Assembly (NCBI RefSeq): GCF_009914755.1
Contig: NC_060933.1
Origin: the human T2T-CHM13v2.0 reference genome, Homo sapiens
Length of the DNA: 64,000 nt
Direction: 5' to 3' (one strand)
Positions 27,801 through 41,700 of this stretch are shown here, one piece after another; the stretch's first letter is position 1; every line of letters starts with the position of its first letter. The position numbers were made by a program, and so were the translations under genes. The notes beneath the pieces are model-generated. The model searched no databases. It saw nothing but the letters and a program-made list of their open reading frames with translations, and was not told where the DNA came from.

Positions 27801-29763
27801 GGAATCAACTCGAGTGGAAAGGAATGGAATGGAATGGAATGGAATGGAATGGAATTCAATGACATGGAATCAACCCGAGTGCAATAGAATGGAATCGAAT
27901 GGAATGGAATGCAATGGAATGGATTCAACTTGAATGGAATGGAAAGAATGGAATCAACACGAGTGGAATGGCATGGATTGGAATGGAATGGAATGGAATC
28001 AACCCGAGTACAGGGTAATGGAATGGAATGGAATGCAATGGAATGGAATCATCCGTAATGGAATGGAAAGGAATGGAATGGAATGGAATGGAATAGAATG
28101 GAATGGAATGGAATGGAATCAACTCGATTGCAATCGAATGGAATGGAATGGAATTAACCCGAATAGAATGGAATGGAATGCAACGGAACGGAATGGAATG
28201 GAATGGAATGGAACGGAACGGAACGGAATGGAATGGAATGGAATGGAATCAACGCGAGTGTAGGGGAATGGAATGGAATGCAATGGAATGGAATCTTCCG
28301 GAATGGAATGGAATGGAATGGAATGGAATGAAATGCAATGGATTCAACTCGATTGCAATGGAATGGAATAGAATGTAATGGAATGGAATGGAATGGAATT
28401 AATCCGAATAGAATGGAATGGAATGGAATGGAACGGAATGGAACGGAATGGAATGGAATGGAATGGAATGGTATGGAATGGAATGGAATGGTACGGAATA
28501 GAATGGAATGGAACGAATTGTAATGGAATTGAATTGAATGGAATGGAATGGAATGGAATGGAATCAACGCGATTGCAGGGGAATGTAATGGAACGGAATG
28601 CAATGGAATGGAATCATCCGGAATGGAATGGAATGGAATGGAATGGAATGGAATGGAATCAACCCGAGTGCAATGGAATGTAATGGAGAGTAAGGGAGTT
28701 GAATAGAATCAATCCGAATGTAATGGAATGCAATGTAACGGAATGGAATGGAATGGAATGGAATGGAAAGGAATGGAATGGAATGCAATGGAATTGAATC
28801 AACCCGAGTACAATGGAATGGAATGGAATGGAATGGAATGGAATGGAATCGAATGGAATGATACGGAATAGAATGGAATGGAACGAAATGGAATGGAATG
28901 GAATGGAATGGAATGGAATCGTTCTGAGTGGAATAGGAGGGAATGTATTCGAGTGGAATGGAAAGGAATGGTATCAACCAGAGTGGAATGGAAGGGAATG
29001 GAATGGAATGGAAACTAATAGAATGGAATCAACCCGAGTGGAATGGAATGGAAAGGACTGGAATGGAATGGAATGGAATGGAATCAACTCGATTGTAATG
29101 GAATGGAATGGAATGGAATGGAATGGAATTAACCCGAATACAATGGAATGGAATGGAATGGAACGGAATGGAGTAGAATGCAATGGAATCAACCCGAGTG
29201 CAGGGGAATGGAATGGAATGGAATGCAATGGAATGGAATCATCCGGAATGGAATGGAATGGAATGGAATGCAAAGCAACGGAATCAACTCGATTGCAATG
29301 GAATGGAATGGAATGGAATGGAATAAATTGGAATCAACCCGAGTGGAATGGAATGGAAAGGAGTGGAATGGAGTGGAATGGAATGGAATGGAATGGAATG
29401 GAATCAACTCGATTGGAATGGAATGGAATGGAATGGAATGGAATGGAATGGAATGGAATCAACCCGAGTACAATGGAATGGAGTGGAATGGAATGGAATG
29501 GAATGGAACAACCCGAATGGAATGGAATGTAATGGAGAGTAAGGGAGTTGAATAGAATCAATCCGAATGTAATGGAATGGAATGGAACGGAATGGAATTG
29601 AATGGAATGGAATGGAATGCAATTGAATGGAATCAACCCGAGTGCAATGCAATGGAGAGGAATGGAATGGAATGGAATGGAAACTACCCGAATGGAATGG
29701 AATGTAATGGAGTGTAAGGGAATTGAATAGAATCAATCCGAATGTAATGGAATGGAATGGAAC
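12828..29763 (+). repeat. Left copy (16,936 bp; segments A+B, lacking segment C) of a large tandem duplication
   Basis: 12.83-18.95 kb matches 29.76-35.95 kb (offsets 16931-16996, e.g. 482-aa ORFs 16486/33482). 18.93-29.79 kb matches 42.75-53.64 kb (offsets 23817-23857, e.g. 533-aa ORFs 23092/46944). Confidence 0.92.
16004..16028 (+). repeat. Variant-pentamer micro-array (GTAAT)4GTAAC; also at ~33000 and ~36853, with an independent (GTAAT)4 at 8140-8159
   Basis: Read directly from the sequence. Confidence 0.9.
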
Positions 29764-32700
29764 GGAATGGAATGGAATGGAATGCCTTCAAACCGAATGG
29801 AATGGAAAGGAATGGAATCAACACGAGTGGAATGGAACGGAAGGGAATGGAATGGAATGGAATGGAATGATACGGAATAGAATGGAATTGAACGAAACGG
29901 AATGGAATGGAATGGAATGGAATGGAATGGAATGGAATCGTTCCGAGTGGAATAGGAGGGAATGTATTCGAGTGGAATGGAAAGGAATGGAATCAACCAG
30001 AGTGGAATGGAAGGGAATGGAATGGAATGGAAACTAATAGAATGGAATCAACCCGAGTGGAATGGAATGGAAAGGACTGGAAAGGAATGGAATGGAATGG
30101 AATGGAATGGAATTGAATTAACCCGAATACAATGGAATGGAATGGAATGGAACGGAATGGAGTGGAATGGAATGGAATCAACCCAAGTGCAGGGGAATGG
30201 AATGGAATGGAATGCAATGGAATGGAATCATCCGGAATGGAATGGAATGGAATGGAATGCAAAGCAATGGAATCAACTCGATTGCAATGGAATGGAATAG
30301 AATGGAATGGAATGGAATGGAATGGAATTAATCCGAATAGAATGGAATGGAATGGAATGGAACGGAATTTAACGGAATGGAATGGAATGGAATGGAATGG
30401 AATGGAATGGAATGGAATGGAACGGTATGGAATGGAATGGAATGGAATGGAATGGAATCAACGCGAGTGCAGGGGAATGGAATGGAATGGAATGCAATGG
30501 AATGGAATCATCCGGAATGGAATGGAATGGAATGGAATGGAAAGCAATGGAATCAACTCGATTGCAATGGAAAGGAATGGAATGGAAAGGAATACATTGG
30601 AATCAACCCGAGTGGAATGGAATGGAAAGGACTGGAATGGAGTGGAATGGAATGGAATGGAATTGAATGGAAAGGAATGGAATGGAATCAACTTGATTGG
30701 AATGGAATGAAATGGAATGGAATGGAATGGAATGGAATTAACCCGAATAGAAAGGAATGGAATGGAATGGAACGGAACGGAATGGAATGGAATGGAATGG
30801 AATGGAATGGAATGGAATGGAATTGAATGGAATCAACCCGACTGCAGGGGAATGGAATGGAATGGAATGCAATGGAATGGATTCAACTTGAATGGAATGG
30901 AAAGAATGGAATCAACACGAGTGGAATGGCATGGATTGGAATGGAATGGAATGGAATCAACCCGAGTAAAGGGGAATGGAATGGAATGGAATGCAATGGA
31001 ATGGAATCATCCGTAATGGAATGGAAAGGAATGGAATTTAATGGAATGGAATGGAATGGAATGGAATGGAATGGAATCAACTCGATTGCAATCGAATGGA
31101 ATGGAATGGAATTAACCCGAATAGAATGGAATAGAATGGAATGGAACGGAACGGAATGGAATGGACTGGAATGAAAAGGAATGGAAGGGAACGGAATGGA
31201 ATGGAATGGAATGGAATGGAATCAACGCGAGTGCAGGGGACTGGAATGGAATGGAATGCAATGGAATGGAATCAACCCGAGTGCAATCGAATGGAATCGA
31301 ATGAAATGGAATGCAATGGATTCAACTCGATTGCAATGGAATGGAATAGAATGGAATGGAATGGAATGGAATGGAATTAATCTGAATAGAGTGGAATGGA
31401 ATGGATTGGAACGGAATGGAACGGAATGGAATGGAATGGAATGGAATGGTATGGAATGGAATGGAATGGTATGGAATAGAATGGAATGGAACGAATTGTA
31501 ATGGAATGGAATTGAATGGAATAGAATGGAATCAACGCGAGTGCAGGGGAATGTAATGGAAAGGAATGCAATGGAATGGAATCATCCGGAATGGAATGGA
31601 ATGGAATGGAATGGAATGGAATGGAATCAACCCGAGTGCAATGGAATGGAGTGGAATGGAATTGAATGGAATGGAACAACCCGAATGGAATGGAATGTAA
31701 TGGAGAGTAAGGGAGTTGAATAGAATCAATCCGAATGGAAAGGAATGGAATGGAATGGAATGCAATGGAATGGAATCAACCCGAGTACAATGGAATGGAA
31801 TGGAATGGAATGGAATGCAATGGAATGGAATGGAATGGAATGATACGGAATAGAATGGAATGGAACGAAATGGAATGGAATGGAATGGAATGGAATGGAA
31901 TGGAATGGAATCAACTCGATTGTAATGGAATGGAATGGAATGGAATGGAATGGAATGGAATGGAATTAACCCGAATACAATGCAATGGAATGGAATGGAA
32001 CGGAATGGAGTGGAATGGAATGGAATCAACCCGAGTGCAGGGGAATGGAATGGAATGGAATGGAATGGAATGGAATGGAATGGAATCAACGCGAGTGCAG
32101 GGGAATGGAATGGAATGGAATGCAATGGAATGGAATCTTCCGGATGAAATGGAATAGAATGGAATGGAATGGAATGGAATGGAATGGAATCAACTCGATT
32201 GCAATCGAATGGAATGGAATGGAATTAACTCGAATAGAATGGAATGGAATGGAATGGAACGGAACGGAACGTAATGGAATGGAATGGAATGGAATGGAAC
32301 GGAATGGAATGGAATGGAATGGAATGGAATGGAATGGAATGGAATGGAATCAACGCGAGTGCAGTAGAATGGAATGGAATGGAATGAAATGGAATGGAAT
32401 CTTCCAGAATGGAATGGAATGGAATGAAATGCAATGGGTTCAACTCGATTGCAATGGAATGGAATAGAATGGAATGGAATGGAATGGAATGGAATTAATT
32501 CGAATAGAATGGAATGGAATGGAATGGAACGGAATGGAACGGAATGGAATGGAATGGAATGGTATGGAATGGAATGGAATGGTACGGAATAGAATGGAAT
32601 GGAACGAATTGTAATGCAATGGAATTGAATGGAATGGAATGGAATGGAATGGAATCAACGCGAGTGCAGGGGTATGTAATGGAACGGAATGCAATGGAAT

Positions 32701-35700
32701 GGAATCATCCGCAATGGAATGGAATGGAATGGAATGGAATGGAATGGAATCAACCCGAGTGCAATGGAATGGAGTGGAATGGAATGGAATGGAATGGAAT
32801 CAACCCGAGCGCAATGGAATGGAGTTGAATGGAATGGAATGGAATGGAACAACCCGAATGGAATGGAATGTAATGGAGAGTAAGGGAGTTGAATAGAATC
32901 AATCCGAATGTAATGGAATGGAACGGAATGGAATGGAATGGAATGGAATGGAATGGAATGCAATGGAATGGAATCAACCTTAGTACAATGGAACGGAATG
33001 TAATGTAATGTAATGTAATGTAACGGAATGGAATGGAATGGAATGCAATCAACCCGAGTGCAATGGAATGCAGAGGAATGGAATGGAATGGAATGCAATG
33101 GAATGGAATCATCCGGAATGAAATGGAATGGAATGGAATGCAAAGCAAAGGAATCAACTCGATTGCAATGGAATGGAATGGAATGGAAAGGAATACATTG
33201 GAATCAACCCGAATGGATTGGAATGGAAAGGACTGGAATGGAGTGGAATGGAATGGAATGGAATGGAATCAACTCGATTGGAATGGAATGGAATGGAATG
33301 GAATGGAATGGAATGGAATTAACCCGAATAGAATGGAATGGAATGGAATGGAACGGAACGGAATGGAATGGAATGGAATGGAATGGAATGGAATGGAATG
33401 GAATGGAATGGAACAACCCGAATGGAATGGAATGTAATGGAGAGTAAGGGAGTTGAATAGAATCAATCCGAATGTAATGGAATGGAATGCAACGGAATGG
33501 AATGGAATGGAATGGAATGGAATACAATGGAATTGAATCAACCCGAGTACAATGGAATGGAATGGAATGGAATGGAATGGAATGGAATGGAATGGAATGG
33601 AATGATACGGAATAGAATGGAATGGAACGAAATGGAATGGAATGGAATGGAATGGAATGGAATCGTTCCGAGTGGAATAGCAGGGAATGTATTCGAGTGG
33701 AATGGAAAGGAATGGAATCAACCAGAGTGGAATGGAAGGGAATGGAATGGAATGGAAAATAATAGAATGGAATCAACCCGAGTGGAATGGAATGGAAAGG
33801 ACTGGAATGGAATGGAATGGAATGGAATCAACTCGATTGTAATGGAATGGAGTGGAATGGAATGGAATGGAATGGAATGGAATGGAATGGAATTAACCCG
33901 AATACACTGGAATGGAATGGAATGGAACGGAATGGAGTGGAATGGAATGGAATCAACCCGAGTGCAGGGGAATGGAATGGAATGGAATGCAATGGAATGG
34001 AATCATCCGGAATGGAATGGAATGGAATGGAATGCAAAGCAATGGAATCAACTCGATTGCAATGGAATGGAATGGAATGGAAAGGAATACATTGGAATCA
34101 ACCCGAGTGGAATGGAATGGAAAGGACTGGAATGGAGTGGAATGGAATGGAATGGAATGGAATGGAATCAACTCGATTGGAATGGAATGGAATGGAATGG
34201 AATGGAATTAACCCGAATAGAATGGAATGGAATGGAATGGAACGGAACTGAATGGAATGGAATGGAATGGAATGGAATGGAATGGAATGGAATGGAATCA
34301 ACCCGACTGCAGGGGAATGGAATGGAATGGAAGGCAATGGAATGGATTCAACTTGAATGGAATGGAAAGAATGGAATCAACACGAGTGGAATGGCATGGA
34401 TTGGAATGGAATGGAATGGAATCAACCCGAGTACAGGGGAATGGAATGGAATGGAATGCAATGGAATGGAATCATCCGTAATGGAATGGAAAGGAATGGA
34501 ATGGAATGGAATGGAATGGAATGGAATGGAATGGAATCAACTCGATTGCAATCGAATGCAATGGAATGGAATTAACCCGAATAGAATGGAATGGAATGGA
34601 ATGGAACAGAACGGAACGGAACGGAACGGAACAGAGTGGAATGGAATGGAATGGAATTGTATGGAATGGAATGGCATGGTACGGAATAGAATGGAATGGA
34701 AAGAATTGGAATGGAATGGAATCGAATGGAATGGAATGGAATGGAATGGAATCAACCCGAGTGCAGGGGAATGTAATGGAACGGAATGCAATGGAATGGA
34801 ATCATCCGGAATGGAATGGAATGGAATGGAACGGAGTGGAATGGAATGGAATGCAATCAACCCGAATGCAATGGAATGGAGTGGAATGGAATGGAATCGA
34901 ATGGAACAACCCGAATGGAATGGAATGTAATGGCGAGTAAGGGAGTTGAATAGAATCAATACGAATGGAATGGAATGGAATGGAATGGAATGGAATGCAA
35001 TGGAATGGAATGCAATGGAATGGAATCAACCCGAGTACAATGGAACGGAATAGAATGGAATGTAATGTAATGGAATGGAATGGAATGGAATGGAATGGAA
35101 TGGAATCAACCCGAGTGCATTGGAATGGAGAGGAATGGAATGGAATGGAATGGAAACTACCCGAATGGAATGGAATGTAATGGAGTGTAAGGGAATTTAA
35201 TAGAATCAATCCGAATGTAATGGAATGGAATGGAACGGAATGGAATGGAATGGAATGGAATGGAATGGAATGGAATGAAATGGAATCAACCCGAGTGCAA
35301 TCGAATGGAATCGAATGGAATGGAATGCAATGGAATGGATTCAACTTGAATGGAATGGAAAGAATGGAATCAACACGAGTGGAATGGCATGGATTGGAAT
35401 GGAATGGAATGGAATCAACCCGAGTACAGGGGAATGGAATGGAATGGAATGCAATGGAATGGAATCATCCGTAATGGAATGGAAAGGAATGGAATGGAAT
35501 GGAATGGAATGGAATGGAATGGAATGGAATCTACTCCATTGCAATCGAATGGAATGGAATGGAATTAACCCGAATAGAATGGAATGGAATGGAATGGAAC
35601 GGAACGGAATGGAGTGGAATGGAATGGAATGGAATGGAATGGAACGGAAAGGAAGGGAATGGAATGGAATAGAATGGAATGGAATGGAATCAACGCGAGT

Positions 35701-38700
35701 GCAGGGGAATGGAATGGAATGGAATGCAATGGAATGGAATCTTCCGGAGTGGAATGGAATGGAATGGAATGGAATGGAATGGAATCAACCCGAGTGCAAT
35801 GGAATGGAGTGGAATGGAATGGAATGGAATGGAACAACCCGAATGGAATGGAATGTAATGGAGAGTAAGGGAGTTGATTAGAATCAATCCGAATGTAATG
35901 GAATGGAATGGAACGGAATGGAATTGAATGGAATGGAATGGAATGCAATGGAATGGAATCAACCCGAGTGAAATGGAATGGAGAGGAATGGAATGGAATG
36001 GAATGGAAACTACCCGAATGGAATGTAATGGAGTGTAAGGGAATTGAATAGAATCAATCCGAATGTAATGGAATGGAATGGAACGGAATGGAATGGAATG
36101 GAATGGAATGGAATGGAATGGAATGCAATGGAATGGAATCAACCCGAGTGCAATCGAATGGAATCGAATGGAATGGAATGCAATGGAATGGATTCAACTT
36201 GAATGAAATGGAAAGAATGGAATCAACAAGAGTGGAATGGCATGGATTGGAATGGAATGGAATGGAATCAACCCGAGTACAGGGGAATGGAATGGAATGG
36301 AATGCAATGGAATGGAATCATCCGTAATGGAATGGAAAGGAATGGAATGGAATGGAATGGAATGCAGTGGAATGGAATGGAATGGAATCAACTCGATTGC
36401 AATCGAATGGAATGGATTGGAATTAACCCGAATAGAATGGAATGGAATGGAATGGAACGGAACGGAACGGAACGCAATGGAATGGAATGGAATGGAATTG
36501 TATGGAATGGAATGGAATGGTACGGAATTGAATGTAATGGAATGGAATCAACCCGAGTGCAGGCGAATGTAATGGAACGGAATGCAATGGAATGGAATCA
36601 TCCGGAATGGAATGGAATGGAATGGAATGGAATGGAATGGAATGGAATGGAATCAACCCGAGCGCAATGGAATGGAGTTGAATGGAATGGAATGGAATGG
36701 AACAACCCGAATGGAATGGAATGTAATGGAGAGTAAGGGAGTTGAGTAGAATCAATCCGAATGTAATGGAATGGAACGGAATGGAATGGAATGGAATGGA
36801 ATGGAATGGAATGCAATAGAATGGAATCAACCCGAGTTCAATGGAACGGAATGTAATGTAATGTAATGTAATGTAACGGAATGGAATGGAATGGAATGCA
36901 ATCAACCCGAGTGCAATGGAATGGAGAGGAATGGAATGGAATGGAATGCAATGGAATGGAATCATCCGTAATGGAATGGAAAGAATGGAATGGAATGGAA
37001 TGGAATGGAATGGAATGGAATGGAATGGAATCAACACGATTGCAATCGAATGGAATGGAGTGGAATTAACCCGAATAGAATGGAATGGAATGGAATGGAA
37101 CGGAACGGAATGGAATAGAATGGAATGGAATGGAATGGAACGGAACGGAACGGAACGGAATGGAAAGGAATGGAATGGAATGGAATGGAATGGAATGGAA
37201 TCGTTCTGAGTGGAATAGGAGGGAATGTATTCGAGTGGAATGGAAAGGAATGGAATCAACCAGAGTGGAATGGAAGGGAATGGAATGGAATGGAAACTAA
37301 TAGAATGGAATCAACCCGAGTGGAATGGAATGGAAAGGACTGGAATGGAGTGGAATGGAATGGAATCAACTCGATTGTAATGGAATGGAATGGAATGGAA
37401 TGGAATGGAATGGAATGGAATGGAATTAACCCGAATACAATGGAATGGAATGGAATGGAACGGAATGGAGTGGAATGGAATGGAATCAACCTGAGTGCAG
37501 GGGAATGGAATGGAATGGAATGCAATGGAATGGAATCAACCCGAGTGCAATCAAATGGAATCGAATGGAATGGAATGCAATGGAATGGATTCAACTTGAA
37601 TGGAATGGAAAGAATGGAATCAACACGAGTGGAATGGCACGGATTGGAATGGAATGGAATGTAATCAACCCGAGTATAGGGGAATGGAATGGAATGGAAT
37701 GCAATGGAATGGAATCATCCGTAATGGAATGGAAAGGAATGGAATGGAATGGAATGGAATGGAATGGAATGGAATGGAATGGAATCAACTCGATTGCAAT
37801 CGAATGGAATGGAATGGAATTAACCCGAATAGAATGGAATGGAATGGAATGGAAAGGAACGGAATGGAATGGAATGGAATGGAATGGAATGGAATGGAAT
37901 GGAAGGGAAAGGAAGGGAATGGAATGGAATAGAATGGAATGGAATGGAATCAACGCGAGTGCAGGGGAATGGAATGGAATGGAATGAAATGGAATGGAAT
38001 CTTCCGGAATGGAATGGAATGGAATGGAATGGAATCAACCCGAGTGCAATGGAATGGAGTGGAATGGAATGGAATGGAATGGAACAACCCGAATGGAATG
38101 GAATGTAATGGAGAGTAAGGGAGTTGAATAGAATCAATCCTAATATAATGGAATGGAATGGAACGGAATGGAATTGAATGGAATGGAATGGAATGCAATG
38201 GAATGGAATCAACCCGAGTGCAATGGAATGGAGAGGAATGGAATGGAATGGAATGGAATGGAAACTACCCGAATGGAATGTAATGGAGTGTAAGGGAATT
38301 GTATAGAATCAATCCGAATGTAATGTAATGGAATGGAACGGAATGGAATGGAATGGAATGGAATGGAATGGAATGGAATGGAATGCAATGGAATGGAATC
38401 AACCCGAGTGCAATCAAATGGAATGGAATGGAATGGAATGCAATGGAATGGATTCAACTTGAATGGAATGGAAAGAATGGAATCAACACGAGTGGAATGG
38501 CATGGATTGGAATGGAATGGAATGGAATCAACCCGAGTAGAGGGGAATGGAATGGAATGGAATGCAATGGAATGGAATCATCCGTAATGGAATGGAAAGG
38601 AATGGAATGGAATGGAATGGAATGGAATGGAATGGAATCAACTCGATTGCAATCGAATGGAATGGAATGGAATTAACCCGAATAGAATGGAATGGAATGG

Positions 38701-41700
38701 AACGGAACAGAACGGAATTTAATGGAATGGAATGGAATGGAACGGAATGGAATGGAATGGAATCAACGCGAGTGCAGGGGAATGGAATGGAATGGAATGC
38801 AATGGAATGGAATCTTCCGGAATGGAATGGAATGGAATGGAATGGAATGAAATGCAATGGATTCAACTCGATTGCAATGGAATGGAATAGAATGGAATGG
38901 AATAGAATGGAATGGAATTAATCCGAATAGAATGGAATGGAATGCAATGGAACGGAATGGAACGAAATGGAATGGAATGGAATGGAATGGAATGCTATGG
39001 AATGGAATGGAATGGTATGGAATAGAATGGAATGGAACGAATTGTAATGGAATGGAATTGAATGGAATGGAATGGAATGGAATGGAATCAACGCGAGTGC
39101 AGGGGAATGTAATGGAAAGAATGCAATGGAATGGAATCATCCGGAATGGAATGGAATGGAATGGAATGGAATGGAATGGAATCAACCCGAGTGCAATGGA
39201 ATGGAGTGGAATGGAATGGAATGGAACAACCCTAATGGAATGGAATGTAATGGAGAGTAAGGGAGTTGAATAGAATCAATCCGAATGTAATTGAATGGAA
39301 TGCTACGGAATGGAATGGAATGGAATGGAATGGAATGCAATGGAATTGAATCAACCCGAGTACAATGGAATAGAATGGAATGGAATGGAATGCAATGGAA
39401 TTGAATCAACCCGAGTACAATGAAATGGAATGGAATGGAATGGAAACTACCCGAATGGAATGGAATGTAATGGAGTGTAAGGGAATTGAATAGAATCAAT
39501 CTGAATGGAATGGAATGGAATGGAATGGAACGGAATGTAATGGAATGGAATGGAATGGAATCAACCCGAGTGCAGGGGAATGGAATGGAATGGAATGCAA
39601 TGGAATGGAATCATCCGGAATGGAATGGAATGGAATGCAATGGAATGGAATGGAATGGAATCAACCCGAGTGCAATGGAATGGAGTGAAATGGAATGGAA
39701 TGGAATGGAAACAACCAGAATGGATTGGAATATAATGGAGTGTAAGGGAATTGAATAGAATCAATCTGAATGTAATGAAATGGAATGGAACGGAATGGAA
39801 TGGAATGGAATGGAATGGAATGGAATGGAATGGAATGCAATGGAATGGAATCAACCCGAGTGCAATCGAATGGAATCGAATGGAATGGAATGCAATGGAA
39901 TGGATTCAACTTGAATGGAAAGGAAAGAATGGAATCAACACGAGTGGAATGGCATGGATTGGAATGGAATGGAATGGAATCAACCCGAGTACAGGGGAAT
40001 GGAATGGAATGGAATGCAATAGAATGGAATCATCAGTAATGGAATGGAAAGGAATGGAAAGGACTGGAATGGAATGGAATGTAATGGAATGGAATGGAAT
40101 CAACACGATTGCAATCGAATGGAATGGAATGGAATGGAATCAACTCGATTGCAATCGAATGGAATGGAATGGAATTCACCCGAATAGAATGGAATGGAAT
40201 GGAATGGAACGGAACGGAATGGAATGGAATGGAATGGAAAGGAACGGAAAGGAATGGAATGGAATGGAATGGAATGGAATGGAATGGAATCAACGCGAGT
40301 GTAGGGGAATGGAATGGAATCGAATGGAATGGAAAGGAATGGAATGGAATCAACCCGAGTGCAGGGGAATGTAATGGAACGGAATGCAGTGGAATGGAAT
40401 CATCCGGAATGGAATGGAATGGAATCAACCCGAGTGCAATGGAATGGAGTGGAATGGAATGGAATGGAATGGAACAACCCGAATGGAATGGAATGTAATG
40501 GAGAGTAAGGGAGTTGAAAAGAATCAATCCGAATGTAATGGAATGGAATGGAACGGAATGGAATGGAATGGAATGGAATGCAATCGAATGGAATCAACCC
40601 GAGTACAATGGAATGGAATGGAATGGAATGGAATGGAATGGAATGGAATGGAATGGAATGGAATGCAATGGAATGGAATCCTCCGGAATGGAATGGAATG
40701 GAATGGAATGGAATGGAATGGAATGGAATGCAATGGATGCAACTCGATTGTAATGGAATGGAATAGAATGGAATGGAATGGAATGGAATGGAATGGAATG
40801 GAATGGAATTAAACCGAATAGAATGGAATGGAATGGAACGGAACAGAACGGAACGGAACGGAACGGAGTGGAATGGAATGGAATGGAATTGTATGGAATG
40901 GAATGGAATGGTACGGAATAGAATGGAATGGAAAAATTGGAATGGAATGGAATCGAATGGAATGGAATGGAATGGAATGGAATCAACCCGAGTGCAGGGG
41001 AATGTAATGGAACGGAATGCAATGGAATGGAATCATCCGGAATGGAGTGGAATGGAATGGAATGGAATGGAATGGAATGGAATGCAATCAACCCGAACGC
41101 AATGGAATGGAGTGGAATGGAATGGAATGGAATGGAACAACCCGAATGGAATGGAATGTAATGGAGAGTACGGGAGTTGAATAGAATCAATCCGAATGTA
41201 ATGGAATGGAACGGAATGGACTGGAATGGAATGGAATGGAATGGAACGGAATGGAAGGGAATGGAATGGAATGGAAACAACCCGACTGCAGGGGAATGGA
41301 ATAGAATGGAATGGAATGGAATGATACGGAATAGAATGGAATGGAACGAAATGGAATGGAATGGAATGGAATGGAATGGAATGGAATGGAATGGAATCGT
41401 TCCGAGTGGAATAGGAGGGAATGTATTCGAGTGGAATGGAAAGGAATGGAATCAACCAGAGTGGAATGGAAGGGAATGGAATGGAATGGAAACTAATAGA
41501 ATGGAATCAACCCGAGTGGAATGGAATGGAAAGGACTGGAATGGAATGGAATGGAATGGAATCAACGCGATTGTAATGGAATGCAATGGAATGGAATGGA
41601 ATGGAATGGAATGGAATGGAATGGAATTAACCCGAATACAATGCAATGGAATGGAATGGAACGGAATGGAGTGGAATGGAATGGAATCAACCCGAGTGCA

